Below are positions 48,953 through 63,900 of a stretch of DNA of 64,000 nucleotides, piece by piece. A model generated the notes under the pieces. It did no database searches. It had not been told where the DNA came from and was given only the letters and a program-made list of their open reading frames with translations. The stretch's first letter is position 1. Every line of letters begins with the position of its first letter. The translations under genes and the position numbers were made by a program. This stretch comes from Eledone cirrhosa. Its lineage: Eukaryota. The stretch is taken from assembly GCA_964016885.1 (NCBI GenBank), contig OZ024740.1:251100001-251164000 (forward strand), read 5' to 3'.

Positions 48953-51900
48953 ACTTAAAAAATTGATTTTTTTTATCAAAAACCTAAAATATTCTATTTT
49001 TTGAAAAACCTAAAATAATCAATTTTTTTCTACTTTTCGAAATATTTCAAAAATTGATTTTTTTGATCAAAAACCTAAAATATTCTATTTTTCGAAAAAC
49101 CTAAAATAATCAATTTTTTTCTACTTTTCGAAATATTTCAAAAATTGATTTTTTTGATCAAAAACCTAAAATATTCTATTTTTCGAAAAACCTAAAATAA
49201 TCAATTTTTTTCTACTTTTCGAAATATTTCGAAAAACCTAAAATAATCAATTTTTTTCTACTTTTCGAAATATTTAAAAAATTGATTTTTTTGATCAAAA
49301 ACCTAAAATATTCTATTTTTCGAAAAACCTAAAATAATCAATTTTTTTCTACTTTTCGAAATATTTCAAAAATTGATTTTTTTGATCAAAAACCTAAAAT
49401 ATTCTATTTATCGAAAAACCTAAAATAATCAATTTTTTTCTACTTTTCTAAATATTTAAAAAATTGATTTTTTTGATCAAAAACCTAAAGTATTCTATTT
49501 TTCAAAAAACCTAAAATAATCAATTTTTTTCTACTTTTCGAAATACTTAAAAAATTGATTTTTTTTATCAAAAACCTAAAATATTCTATTTTTTGAAAAA
49601 CCTAAAATAATCAATTTTTTTCTACTTTTCGAAATATTTAAAAAATTGATTTTTTTGATCAAAAACCTAAAATATTCTATTTTTCGAAAAACCTAAAATA
49701 ATCAATTTTTTTCTACTTTTCGAAATATTTCGAAAAACCTAAAATAATCAATTTTTTTCTACTTTTCGAAATATTTAAAAAATTGATTTTTTTGATCAAA
49801 AACCTAAAATATTCTACTTTTCAAAAAACCTAAAATAATCAATTTTTTTCTACTTTTAGAAATATTTAAAAAATTGATTTTTCTGATCAAAAACCTAAAA
49901 TATTCTATTTATCGAAAAACCTAAAATAATCAATTTTTTTCTATTTTTCGAAATATTTCGAAAAACCTAAAATAATCAATTTTTTTCTACTTTTCGAAAT
50001 ATTTAAAAAATTGTTTTTTTTGATCAAAAACCTAAAATATTTTATTTTTCGAAAAACCTAAAATAATCAATTTTTTTCTACTTTTCGAAATATTTCAAAA
50101 ATTTATTTTTTTGATTAAAAACCTAAAATATTTTATTTTTCGAAAAACCTAAAATAATCAATTTTTTTCTACTTTTAGAAATATTAAAAAAATTGATTTT
50201 TTTGATCAAAAACCTAAAATATTCTATTTTTCGAAAAACCTAAAATAATCAATTTTTTTCTACTTTTAGAAATATTTAAAAAATTGATTTTTTTGATCAA
50301 AAACCTAAAATATTTTATTTTTCGAAAAACCTAAAATAATCAATTTTTTTCTACTTTTCGAAATATTTCGAAAAACCTAAAATAATCAATTTTTTTCTAC
50401 TTTTCGAAATATTTAAAAAATTGATTTTTTTGATCAAAAACCTAAAATATTCTATTTTTTGAAAAACCTAAAATAATCAATTTTTTTCTACTTTTCGAAA
50501 TATTTAAAAAATTGATTTTTTTGATCAAAAACCTAAAATATTCTATTTTTCGAAAAACCTAAAATAATCAATTTTTTTCTACTTTTCGAAATATTTCGAA
50601 AAACCTAAAATAATCAATTTTTTTCTACTTTTCGAAATATTTAAAAAATTGATTTTTTTGATCAAAAACCTAAAATATTTTATTTTTCGAAAAACCTAAA
50701 ATAATCAATTTTTTTCTACTTTTCGAAATATTTCAAAAATTGATTTTTTTGATCAAAAACCTAAAATATTCTATTTTTCGAAAAACCTAAAATAATCAAT
50801 TTTTTTCTACTTTTCGAAATATTTCAAAAATTGATTTTTTTGATCAAAAACCTAAAATATTCTATTTTTCGAAAAACCTAAAATAATCAATTTTTTTCTA
50901 CTTTTCGAAATATTTCGAAAAACCTAAAATAATCAATTTTTTTCTACTTTTCGAAATATTTAAAAAATTGATTTTTTTGATCAAAAACCTAAAATATTCT
51001 ATTTTTCGAAAAACCTAAAATAATCAATTTTTTTCTACTTTTCGAAATATTTAAAAAATTGATTTTTTTGATCAAAAACCTAAAGTATTCTATTTTTCAA
51101 AAAACCTAAAATAATCAATTTTTTTCTACTTTTCGAAATACTTAAAAAATTGATTTTTTTTATCAAAAACCTAAAATATTCTATTTTTTGAAAAACCTAA
51201 AATAATCAATTTTTTTCTACTTTTCGAAATATTTCAAAAATTGATTTTTTTGATCAAAAACCTAAAATATTCTATTTTTCGAAAAACCTAAAATAATCAA
51301 TTTTTTTCTACTTTTCGAAATATTTCAAAAATTTATTTTTTTGATTAAAAACCTAAAATATTTTATTTTTCGAAAAACCTAAAATAATCAATTTTTTTCT
51401 ACTTTTAGAAATATTAAAAAAATTGATTTTTTTGATCAAAAACCTAAAATATTCTATTTTTCGAAAAACCTAAAATAATCAATTTTTTTCTACTTTTAGA
51501 AATATTTAAAAAATTGATTTTTTTGATCAAAAACCTAAAATATTTTATTTTTCGAAAAACCTAAAATAATCAATTTTTTTCTACTTTTCGAAATATTTCG
51601 AAAAACCTAAAATAATCAATTTTTTTCTACTTTTCGAAATATTTAAAAAATTGATTTTTTTGATCAAAAACCTAAAATATTCTATTTTTTGAAAAACCTA
51701 AAATAATCAATTTTTTTCTACTTTTCGAAATATTTAAAAAATTGATTTTTTTGATCAAAAACCTAAAATATTCTATTTTTCGAAAAACCTAAAATAATCA
51801 ATTTTTTTCTACTTTTCGAAATATTTCGAAAAACCTAAAATAATCAATTTTTTTCTACTTTTCGAAATATTTAAAAAATTGATTTTTTTGATCAAAAACC

Positions 51901-54900
51901 TAAAATATTTTATTTTTCGAAAAACCTAAAATAATCAATTTTTTTCTACTTTTCGAAATATTTCAAAAATTGATTTTTTTGATCAAAAACCTAAAATATT
52001 CTATTTTTCGAAAAACCTAAAATAATCAATTTTTTTCTACTTTTCGAAATATTTCAAAAATTGATTTTTTTGATCAAAAACCTAAAATATTCTATTTTTC
52101 GAAAAACCTAAAATAATCAATTTTTTTCTACTTTTCGAAATATTTCGAAAAACCTAAAATAATCAATTTTTTTCTACTTTTCGAAATATTTAAAAAATTG
52201 ATTTTTTTGATCAAAAACCTAAAATATTCTATTTTTCGAAAAACCTAAAATAATCAATTTTTTTCTACTTTTCGAAATATTTCAAAAATTGATTTTTTTG
52301 ATCAAAAACCTAAAGTATTCTATTTTTCAAAAAACCTAAAATAATCAATTTTTTTCTACTTTTCGAAATACTTAAAAAATTGATTTTTTTTATCAAAAAC
52401 CTAAAATATTCTATTTTTTGAAAAACCTAAAATAATCAATTTTTTTCTACTTTTCGAAATATTTCAAAAATTGATTTTTTTGATCAAAAACCTAAAATAT
52501 TCTATTTTTCGAAAAACCTAAAATAATCAATTTTTTTCTACTTTTCGAAATATTTCGAAAAACCTAAAATAATCAATTTTTTTCTACTTTTCGAAATATT
52601 TAAAAAATTGATTTTTTTGATCAAAAACCTAAAATATTCTACTTTTCAAAAAACCTAAAATAATCAATTTTTTTCTACTTTTCGAAATATTTAAAAAATT
52701 GATTTTTCTGATCAAAAACCTAAAATATTCTATTTATCGAAAAACCTAAAATAATCAATTTTTTTCTATTTTTCGAAATATTTCGAAAAACCTAAAATAA
52801 TCAATTTTTTTCTACTTTTCGAAATATTTAAAAAATTGTTTTTTTTGATCAAAAACCTAAAATATTTTATTTTTCGAAAAACCTAAAATAATCAATTTTT
52901 TTCTACTTTTCGAAATATTTCAAAAATTTATTTTTTTGATTAAAAACCTAAAATATTTTATTTTTCGAAAAACCTAAAATAATCAATTTTTTTCTACTTT
53001 TAGAAATATTAAAAAAATTGATTTTTTTGATCAAAAACCTAAAATATTCTATTTTTCGAAAAACCTAAAATAATCAATTTTTTTCTACTTTTAGAAATAT
53101 TTAAAAAATTGATTTTTTTGATCAAAAACCTAAAATATTTTATTTTTCGAAAAACCTAAAATAATCAATTTTTTTCTACTTTTCGAAATATTTCGAAAAA
53201 CCTAAAATAATCAATTTTTTTCTACTTTTCGAAATATTTAAAAAATTGATTTTTTTGATCAAAAACCTAAAATATTCTATTTTTTGAAAAACCTAAAATA
53301 ATCAATTTTTTTCTACTTTTCGAAATATTTAAAAAATTGATTTTTTTGATCAAAAACCTAAAATATTCTATTTTTCGAAAAACCTAAAATAATCAATTTT
53401 TTTCTACTTTTCGAAATATTTCGAAAAACCTAAAATAATCAATTTTTTTCTACTTTTCGAAATATTTAAAAAATTGATTTTTTTGATCAAAAACCTAAAA
53501 TATTTTATTTTTCGAAAAACCTAAAATAATCAATTTTTTTCTACTTTTCGAAATATTTCAAAAATTGATTTTTTTGATCAAAAACCTAAAATATTCTATT
53601 TTTCGAAAAACCTAAAATAATCAATTTTTTTCTACTTTTCGAAATATTTCAAAAATTGATTTTTTTGATCAAAAACCTAAAATATTCTATTTTTCGAAAA
53701 ACCTAAAATAATCAATTTTTTTCTACTTTTCGAAATATTTCGAAAAACCTAAAATAATCAATTTTTTTCTACTTTTCGAAATATTTAAAAAATTGATTTT
53801 TTTGATCAAAAACCTAAAATATTCTATTTTTCGAAAAACCTAAAATAATCAATTTTTTTCTACTTTTCGAAATATTTCAAAAATTGATTTTTTTGATCAA
53901 AAACCTAAAATATTCTATTTATCGAAAAACCTAAAATAATCAATTTTTTTCTACTTTTCTAAATATTTAAAAAATTGATTTTTTTGATCAAAAACCTAAA
54001 GTATTCTATTTTTCAAAAAACCTAAAATAATCAATTTTTTTCTACTTTTCGAAATACTTAAAAAATTGATTTTTTTTATCAAAAACCTAAAATATTCTAT
54101 TTTTTGAAAAACCTAAAATAATCAATTTTTTTCTACTTTTCGAAATATTTCAAAAATTGATTTTTTTGATCAAAAACCTAAAATATTCTATTTTTCGAAA
54201 AACCTAAAATAATCAATTTTTTTCTACTTTTCGAAATATTTCAAAAATTGATTTTTTTGATCAAAAACCTAAAATATTCTATTTTTCGAAAAACCTAAAA
54301 TAATCAATTTTTTTCTACTTTTCGAAATATTTCGAAAAACCTAAAATAATCAATTTTTTTCTACTTTTCGAAATATTTAAAAAATTGATTTTTTTGATCA
54401 AAAACCTAAAATATTCTATTTTTCGAAAAACCTAAAATAATCAATTTTTTTCTACTTTTCGAAATATTTCAAAAATTGATTTTTTTGATCAAAAACCTAA
54501 AATATTCTATTTATCGAAAAACCTAAAATAATCAATTTTTTTCTACTTTTCTAAATATTTAAAAAATTGATTTTTTTGATCAAAAACCTAAAGTATTCTA
54601 TTTTTCAAAAAACCTAAAATAATCAATTTTTTTCTACTTTTCGAAATACTTAAAAAATTGATTTTTTTTATCAAAAACCTAAAATATTCTATTTTTTGAA
54701 AAACCTAAAATAATCAATTTTTTTCTACTTTTCGAAATATTTCAAAAATTGATTTTTTTGATCAAAAACCTAAAATATTCTATTTTTCGAAAAACCTAAA
54801 ATAATCAATTTTTTTCTACTTTTCGAAATATTTCGAAAAACCTAAAATAATCAATTTTTTTCTACTTTTCGAAATATTTAAAAAATTGATTTTTTTGATC

Positions 54901-57900
54901 AAAAACCTAAAATATTCTACTTTTCAAAAAACCTAAAATAATCAATTTTTTTCTACTTTTAGAAATATTTAAAAAATTGATTTTTCTGATCAAAAACCTA
55001 AAATATTCTATTTATCGAAAAACCTAAAATAATCAATTTTTTTCTATTTTTCGAAATATTTCGAAAAACCTAAAATAATCAATTTTTTTCTACTTTTCGA
55101 AATATTTAAAAAATTGTTTTTTTTGATCAAAAACCTAAAATATTTTATTTTTCGAAAAACCTAAAATAATCAATTTTTTTCTACTTTTCGAAATATTTCA
55201 AAAATTTATTTTTTTGATTAAAAACCTAAAATATTTTATTTTTCGAAAAACCTAAAATAATCAATTTTTTTCTACTTTTAGAAATATTAAAAAAATTGAT
55301 TTTTTTGATCAAAAACCTAAAATATTCTATTTTTCGAAAAACCTAAAATAATCAATTTTTTTCTACTTTTAGAAATATTTAAAAAATTGATTTTTTTGAT
55401 CAAAAACCTAAAATATTTTATTTTTCGAAAAACCTAAAATAATCAATTTTTTTCTACTTTTCGAAATATTTCGAAAAACCTAAAATAATCAATTTTTTTC
55501 TACTTTTCGAAATATTTAAAAAATTGATTTTTTTGATCAAAAACCTAAAATATTCTATTTTTTGAAAAACCTAAAATAATCAATTTTTTTCTACTTTTCG
55601 AAATATTTAAAAAATTGATTTTTTTGATCAAAAACCTAAAATATTCTATTTTTCGAAAAACCTAAAATAATCAATTTTTTTCTACTTTTCGAAATATTTC
55701 GAAAAACCTAAAATAATCAATTTTTTTCTACTTTTCGAAATATTTAAAAAATTGATTTTTTTGATCAAAAACCTAAAATATTTTATTTTTCGAAAAACCT
55801 AAAATAATCAATTTTTTTCTACTTTTCGAAATATTTCAAAAATTGATTTTTTTGATCAAAAACCTAAAATATTCTATTTTTCGAAAAACCTAAAATAATC
55901 AATTTTTTTCTACTTTTCGAAATATTTCAAAAATTGATTTTTTTGATCAAAAACCTAAAATATTCTATTTTTCGAAAAACCTAAAATAATCAATTTTTTT
56001 CTACTTTTCGAAATATTTCGAAAAACCTAAAATAATCAATTTTTTTCTACTTTTCGAAATATTTAAAAAATTGATTTTTTTGATCAAAAACCTAAAATAT
56101 TCTATTTTTCGAAAAACCTAAAATAATCAATTTTTTTCTACTTTTCGAAATATTTAAAAAATTGATTTTTTTGATCAAAAACCTAAAGTATTCTATTTTT
56201 CAAAAAACCTAAAATAATCAATTTTTTTCTACTTTTCGAAATACTTAAAAAATTGATTTTTTTTATCAAAAACCTAAAATATTCTATTTTTTGAAAAACC
56301 TAAAATAATCAATTTTTTTCTACTTTTCGAAATATTTCAAAAATTGATTTTTTTGATCAAAAACCTAAAATATTCTATTTTTCGAAAAACCTAAAATAAT
56401 CAATTTTTTTCTACTTTTCGAAATATTTCAAAAATTTATTTTTTTGATTAAAAACCTAAAATATTTTATTTTTCGAAAAACCTAAAATAATCAATTTTTT
56501 TCTACTTTTAGAAATATTAAAAAAATTGATTTTTTTGATCAAAAACCTAAAATATTCTATTTTTCGAAAAACCTAAAATAATCAATTTTTTTCTACTTTT
56601 CGAAATATTTCAAAAATTGATTTTTTTGATCAAAAACCTAAAATATTCTATTTATCGAAAAACCTAAAATAATCAATTTTTTTCTACTTTTCTAAATATT
56701 TAAAAAATTGATTTTTTTGATCAAAAACCTAAAGTATTCTATTTTTCAAAAAACCTAAAATAATCAATTTTTTTCTACTTTTCGAAATACTTAAAAAATT
56801 GATTTTTTTTATCAAAAACCTAAAATATTCTATTTTTTGAAAAACCTAAAATAATCAATTTTTTTCTACTTTTCGAAATATTTCAAAAATTGATTTTTTT
56901 GATCAAAAACCTAAAATATTCTATTTTTCGAAAAACCTAAAATAATCAATTTTTTTCTACTTTTCGAAATATTTCGAAAAACCTAAAATAATCAATTTTT
57001 TTCTACTTTTCAAAATATTTAAAAAATTGATTTTTTTGATCAAAAACCTAAAATATTCTACTTTTCAAAAAACCTAAAATAATCAATTTTTTTCTACTTT
57101 TAGAAATATTTAAAAAATTGATTTTTCTGATCAAAAACCTAAAATATTCTATTTATCGAAAAACCTAAAATAATCAATTTTTTTCTATTTTTCGAAATAT
57201 TTCGAAAAACCTAAAATAATCAATTTTTTTCTACTTTTCGAAATATTTAAAAAATTGTTTTTTTTGATCAAAAACCTAAAATATTTTATTTTTCGAAAAA
57301 CCTAAAATAATCAATTTTTTTCTACTTTTCGAAATATTTCAAAAATTTATTTTTTTGATTAAAAACCTAAAATATTTTATTTTTCGAAAAACCTAAAATA
57401 ATCAATTTTTTTCTACTTTTAGAAATATTAAAAAAATTGATTTTTTTGATCAAAAACCTAAAATATTCTATTTTTCGAAAAACCTAAAATAATCAATTTT
57501 TTTCTACTTTTAGAAATATTTAAAAAATTGATTTTTTTGATCAAAAACCTAAAATATTTTATTTTTCGAAAAACCTAAAATAATCAATTTTTTTCTACTT
57601 TTCGAAATATTTCGAAAAACCTAAAATAATCAATTTTTTTCTACTTTTCGAAATATTTAAAAAATTGATTTTTTTGATCAAAAACCTAAAATATTCTATT
57701 TTTTGAAAAACCTAAAATAATCAATTTTTTTCTACTTTTCGAAATACTTAAAAAATTGATTTTTTTTATCAAAAACCTAAAATATTCTATTTTTTGAAAA
57801 ACCTAAAATAATCAATTTTTTTCTACTTTTCGAAATATTTCGAAAAACCTAAAATAATCAATTTTTTTCTACTTTTCGAAATATTTAAAAAATTGATTTT

Positions 57901-60900
57901 TTTGATCAAAAACCTAAAATATTCTATTTTTCGAAAAACCTAAAATAATCAATTTTTTTCTACTTTTCGAAATATTTCGAAAAACCTAAAATAATCAATT
58001 TTTTTCTACTTTTCGAAATATTTAAAAAATTGATTTTTTTGATCAAAAACCTAAAATATTCTACTTTTCGAAAAACCTAAAATAATCAATTTTTTTCTAC
58101 TTTTAGAAATATTTAAAAAATTGATTTTTCTGATCAAAAACCTAAAATATTCTATTTATCGAAAAACCTAAAATAATCAATTTTTTTCTATTTTTCGAAA
58201 TATTTCGAAAAACCTAAAATAATCAATTTTTTTCTACTTTTCGAAATATTTAAAAAATTGTTTTTTTTGATCAAAAACCTAAAATATTTTATTTTTCGAA
58301 AAACCTAAAATAATCAATTTTTTTCTACTTTTCGAAATATTTCAAAAATTTATTTTTTTGATTAAAAACCTAAAATATTTTATTTTTCGAAAAACCTAAA
58401 ATAATCAATTTTTTTCTACTTTTCGAAATATTTCGAAAAACCTAAAATAATCAATTTTTTTCTACTTTTCGAAATATTTAAAAAATTGATTTTTTTGATC
58501 AAAAACCTAAAATATTCTATTTTTCAAAAAACCTAAAATAATCAATTTTTTTCTACTTTTCGAAATACTTAAAAAATTGATTTTTTTTATCAAAAACCTA
58601 AAATATTCTATTTTTTGAAAAACCTAAAATAATCAATTTTTTTCTACTTTTCGAAATATTTTAAAAATTGATTTTTTTGATCAAAAACCTAAAATATTTT
58701 ATTTTTCGAAAAACTTAAAATAATCAATTTTTTTCTAATTTTCGAAATATTCAAAAAATTGATTTTTTTGATCAAAAACCTAAAATATTCTATTTTTCGA
58801 AAGACCTAAAATAATCAATTTTTTTCTACTTTTCGAAATACTTAAAAAATTGATTTTTTTTATCAAAAACCTAAAATATTCTATTTTACGAAAAACCTAA
58901 AATAATCAATTTTTTTCTACTTTTCGAAATATTTAAAAAATTGATTTTTTTGATCAAAAACCTAAAATATTTTATTTTTCGAAAAACCTAAAATAATCAA
59001 TTTTTTTCTACTTTTCGAAATATTTAAAAAATTGATTTTTTTGATCAAAAACCTAAAATATTCTATTTTTCGAAAAACCTAAAATAATCAATTTTTTTCT
59101 ACTTTTCGAAATATTTCGAAAAACCTAAAATAATCAATTTTTTTCTACTTTTCGAAATATTTAAAAAATTGATTTTTTTGATCAAAAACCTAAAATATTC
59201 TATTTTTCGAAAAACCTAAAATAATCAATTTTTTTCTACTTTTCGAAATATTTCGAAAAACCTAAAATAATCAATTTTTTTCTACTTTTCGAAATATTTA
59301 AAAAATTGATTTTTTTGATCAAAAACCTAAAATATACTATTTTTAGAAAAACCTAAAATAATCAATTTTTTTCTACTTTTCGAAATATTTCAAAAATTGA
59401 TTTTTTTGATCAAAAACCTAAAATATTCTATTTATCGAAAAACCTAAAATAATCAATTTTTTTCTACTTTTCTAAATATTTAAAAAATTGATTTTTTTGA
59501 TCAAAAACCTAAAATATTCTATTTTTCAAAAAACCTAAAATAATCAATTTTTTTCTACTTTTCGAAATACTTAAAAAATTGATTTTTTTTATCAAAAACC
59601 TAAAATATTCTATTTTTTGAAAAACCTAAAATAATCAATTTTTTTCTACTTTTCGAAATATTTCAAAAATTGATTTTTTTGATCAAAAACCTAAAATATT
59701 TTATTTTTCGAAAAACCTAAAATAATCAATTTTTTTCTACTTTTCGAAATATTTCGAAAAACCTAAAATAATCAATTTTTTTCTACTTTTCGAAATATTT
59801 AAAAAATTGATTTTTTTGATCAAAAACCTAAAATATTCTATTTTTTGAAAAACCTAAAATAATCAATTTTTTTCTACTTTTCGAAATATTTAAAAAATTG
59901 ATTTTTTTGATCAAAAACCTAAAATATTCTATTTTTCAAAAAACCTAAAATAATCAATTTTTTTCTACTTTTCGAAATACTTAAAAAATTGATTTTTTTT
60001 ATCAAAAACCTAAAATATTCTATTTTTTGAAAAACCTAAAATAATCAATTTTTTTCTACTTTTCGAAATATTTCAAAAATTGATTTTTTTGATCAAAAAC
60101 CTAAAATATTCTACTTTTCAAAAAACCTAAAATAATCAATTTTTTTCTACTTTTAGAAATATTTAAAAAATTGATTTTTCTGATCAAAAACCTAAAATAT
60201 TCTATTTATCGAAAAACCTAAAATAATCAATTTTTTTCTATTTTTCGAAATATTTCGAAAAACCTAAAATAATCAATTTTTTTCTACTTTTCGAAATATT
60301 TAAAAAATTGTTTTTTTTGATCAAAAACCTAAAATATTCTATTTTTTGAAAAACCTAAAATAATCAATTTTTTTCTACTTTTCGAAATATTTAAAAAATT
60401 GATTTTTTTGATCAAAAACCTAAAATATTCTATTTTTCGAAAAACCTAAAATAATCAATTTTTTTCTACTTTTCGAAATATTTCGAAAAACCTAAAATAA
60501 TCAATTTTTTTCTACTTTTCGAAATATTTAAAAAATTGATTTTTTTGATCAAAAACCTAAAATATACTATTTTTAGAAAAACCTAAAATAATCAATTTTT
60601 TTCTACTTTTCGAAATATTTAAAAAATTGATTTTTTTGATCAAAAACCTAAAATATTTTATTTTTCGAAAAACCTAAAATAATCAATTTTTTTCTACTTT
60701 TCGAAATATTTAAAAAATTGATTTTTTTGATCAAAAACCTAAAATATTCTATTTTTCGAAAAACCTAAAATAATCAATTTTTTTCTACTTTTCGAAATAT
60801 TTCGAAAAACCTAAAATAATCAATTTTTTTCTACTTTTCGAAATATTTAAAAAATTGATTTTTTTGATCAAAAACCTAAAATATTCTATTTTTCGAAAAA

Positions 60901-63900
60901 CCTAAAATAATCAATTTTTTTCTACTTTTCGAAATATTTCGAAAAACCTAAAATAATCAATTTTTTTCTACTTTTCGAAATATTTAAAAAATTGATTTTT
61001 TTGATCAAAAACCTAAAATATACTATTTTTAGAAAAACCTAAAATAATCAATTTTTTTCTACTTTTCGAAATATTTCAAAAATTGATTTTTTTGATCAAA
61101 AACCTAAAATATTCTATTTATCGAAAAACCTAAAATAATCAATTTTTTTCTACTTTTCTAAATATTTAAAAAATTGATTTTTTTGATCAAAAACCTAAAA
61201 TATTCTATTTTTCAAAAAACCTAAAATAATCAATTTTTTTCTACTTTTCGAAATACTTAAAAAATTGATTTTTTTTATCAAAAACCTAAAATATTCTATT
61301 TTTTGAAAAACCTAAAATAATCAATTTTTTTCTACTTTTCGAAATATTTCAAAAATTGATTTTTTTGATCAAAAACCTAAAATATTTTATTTTTCGAAAA
61401 ACCTAAAATAATCAATTTTTTTCTACTTTTCGAAATATTTCGAAAAACCTAAAATAATCAATCTTTTTCTACTTTTCGAAATATTTAAAAAATTGATTTT
61501 TTTGATCAAAAACCTAAAATATTCTATTTTTTGAAAAACCTAAAATAATCAATTTTTTTCTACTTTTCGAAATATTTAAAAAATTGATTTTTTTGATCAA
61601 AAACCTAAAATATTCTATTTTTCAAAAAACCTAAAATAATCAATTTTTTTCTACTTTTCGAAATACTTAAAAAATTGATTTTTTTTATCAAAAACCTAAA
61701 ATATTCTATTTTTTGAAAAACCTAAAATAATCAATTTTTTTCTACTTTTCGAAATATTTCAAAAATTGATTTTTTTGATCAAAAACCTAAAATATTCTAC
61801 TTTTCAAAAAACCTAAAATAATCAATTTTTTTCTACTTTTAGAAATATTTAAAAAATTGATTTTTCTGATCAAAAACCTAAAATATTCTATTTATCGAAA
61901 AACCTAAAATAATCAATTTTTTTCTATTTTTCGAAATATTTCGAAAAACCTAAAATAATCAATTTTTTTCTACTTTTCGAAATATTTAAAAAATTGTTTT
62001 TTTTGATCAAAAACCTAAAATATTCTATTTTTTGAAAAACCTAAAATAATCAATTTTTTTCTACTTTTCGAAATATTTAAAAAATTGATTTTTTTGATCA
62101 AAAACCTAAAATATTCTATTTTTCGAAAAACCTAAAATAATCAATTTTTTTCTACTTTTCGAAATATTTCGAAAAACCTAAAATAATCAATTTTTTTCTA
62201 CTTTTCGAAATATTTAAAAAATTGATTTTTTTGATCAAAAACCTAAAATATACTATTTTTAGAAAAACCTAAAATAATCAATTTTTTTCTACTTTTCGAA
62301 ATATTTCAAAAATTGATTTTTTTGATCAAAAACCTAAAATATTCTATTTTTTGAAAAACCTAAAATAATCAATTTTTTTCTACTTTTAGAAATATTTAAA
62401 AAATTGATTTTTTTGATCAAAAACCTAAAATATTTTATTTTTCGAAAAACCTAAAATAATCAATTTTTTTCTACTTTTCGAAATATTTCGAAAAACCTAA
62501 AATAATCAATTTTTTTCTACTTTTCGAAATATTTAAAAAATTGATTTTTTTGATCAAAAACCTAAAATATTCTATTTTTCGAAAAACCTAAAATAATGTT
62601 TTTTTCTACTTTTCGAAATATTTCGAAAAACCTAAAATAATCAATTTTTTTCTACTTTTCGAAATATTTAAAAAATTGATTTTTTTGATCAAAAACCTAA
62701 AATATTCTATTTTTCAAAAAACCTAAAATAATCAATTTTTTTCTACTTTTCGAAATACTTAAAAAATTGATTTTTTTTATCAAAAACCTAAAATATTCTA
62801 TTTTTTGAAAAACCTAAAATAATCAATTTTTTTCTACTTTTCGAAATATTTCAAAAATTGATTTTTTTGATCAAAAACCTAAAATATTCTATTTTTCGAA
62901 AAACCTAAAATAATCAATTTTTTTCTACTTTTCGAAATATTTCAAAAATTGATTTTTTTGATCAAAAACCTAAAATATTCTATTTTTCGAAAAACCTAAA
63001 ATAATCAATTTTTTTCTACTTTTCGAAATATTTCGAAAAACCTAAAATAATCAATTTTTTTCTACTTTTCGAAATATTTAAAAAATTGATTTTTTTGATC
63101 AAAAACCTAAAATATTCTATTTTTCGAAAAACCTAAAATAATCAATTTTTTTCTACTTTTCGAAATATTTCAAAAATTGATTTTTTTGATCAAAAACCTA
63201 AAATATTCTATTTATCGAAAAACCTAAAATAATCAATTTTTTTCTACTTTTCTAAATATTTAAAAAATTGATTTTTTTGATCAAAAACCTAAAGTATTCT
63301 ATTTTTCAAAAAACCTAAAATAATCAATTTTTTTCTACTTTTCGAAATACTTAAAAAATTGATTTTTTTTATCAAAAACCTAAAATATTCTATTTTTTGA
63401 AAAACCTAAAATAATCAATTTTTTTCTACTTTTCGAAATATTTCAAAAATTGATTTTTTTGATCAAAAACCTAAAATATTCTATTTTTCGAAAAACCTAA
63501 AATAATCAATTTTTTTCTACTTTTCGAAATATTTAAAAAATTGATTTTTTTGATCAAAAACCTAAAATATTCTACTTTTCAAAAAACCTAAAATAATCAA
63601 TTTTTTTCTACTTTTAGAAATATTTAAAAAATTGATTTTTCTGATCAAAAACCTAAAATATTCTATTTATCGAAAAACCTAAAATAATCAATTTTTTTCT
63701 ATTTTTCGAAATATTTCGAAAAACCTAAAATAATCAATTTTTTTCTACTTTTCGAAATATTTAAAAAATTGTTTTTTTTGATCAAAAACCTAAAATATTT
63801 TATTTTTCGAAAAACCTAAAATAATCAATTTTTTTCTACTTTTCGAAATATTTCAAAAATTTATTTTTTTGATTAAAAACCTAAAATATTTTATTTTTCG

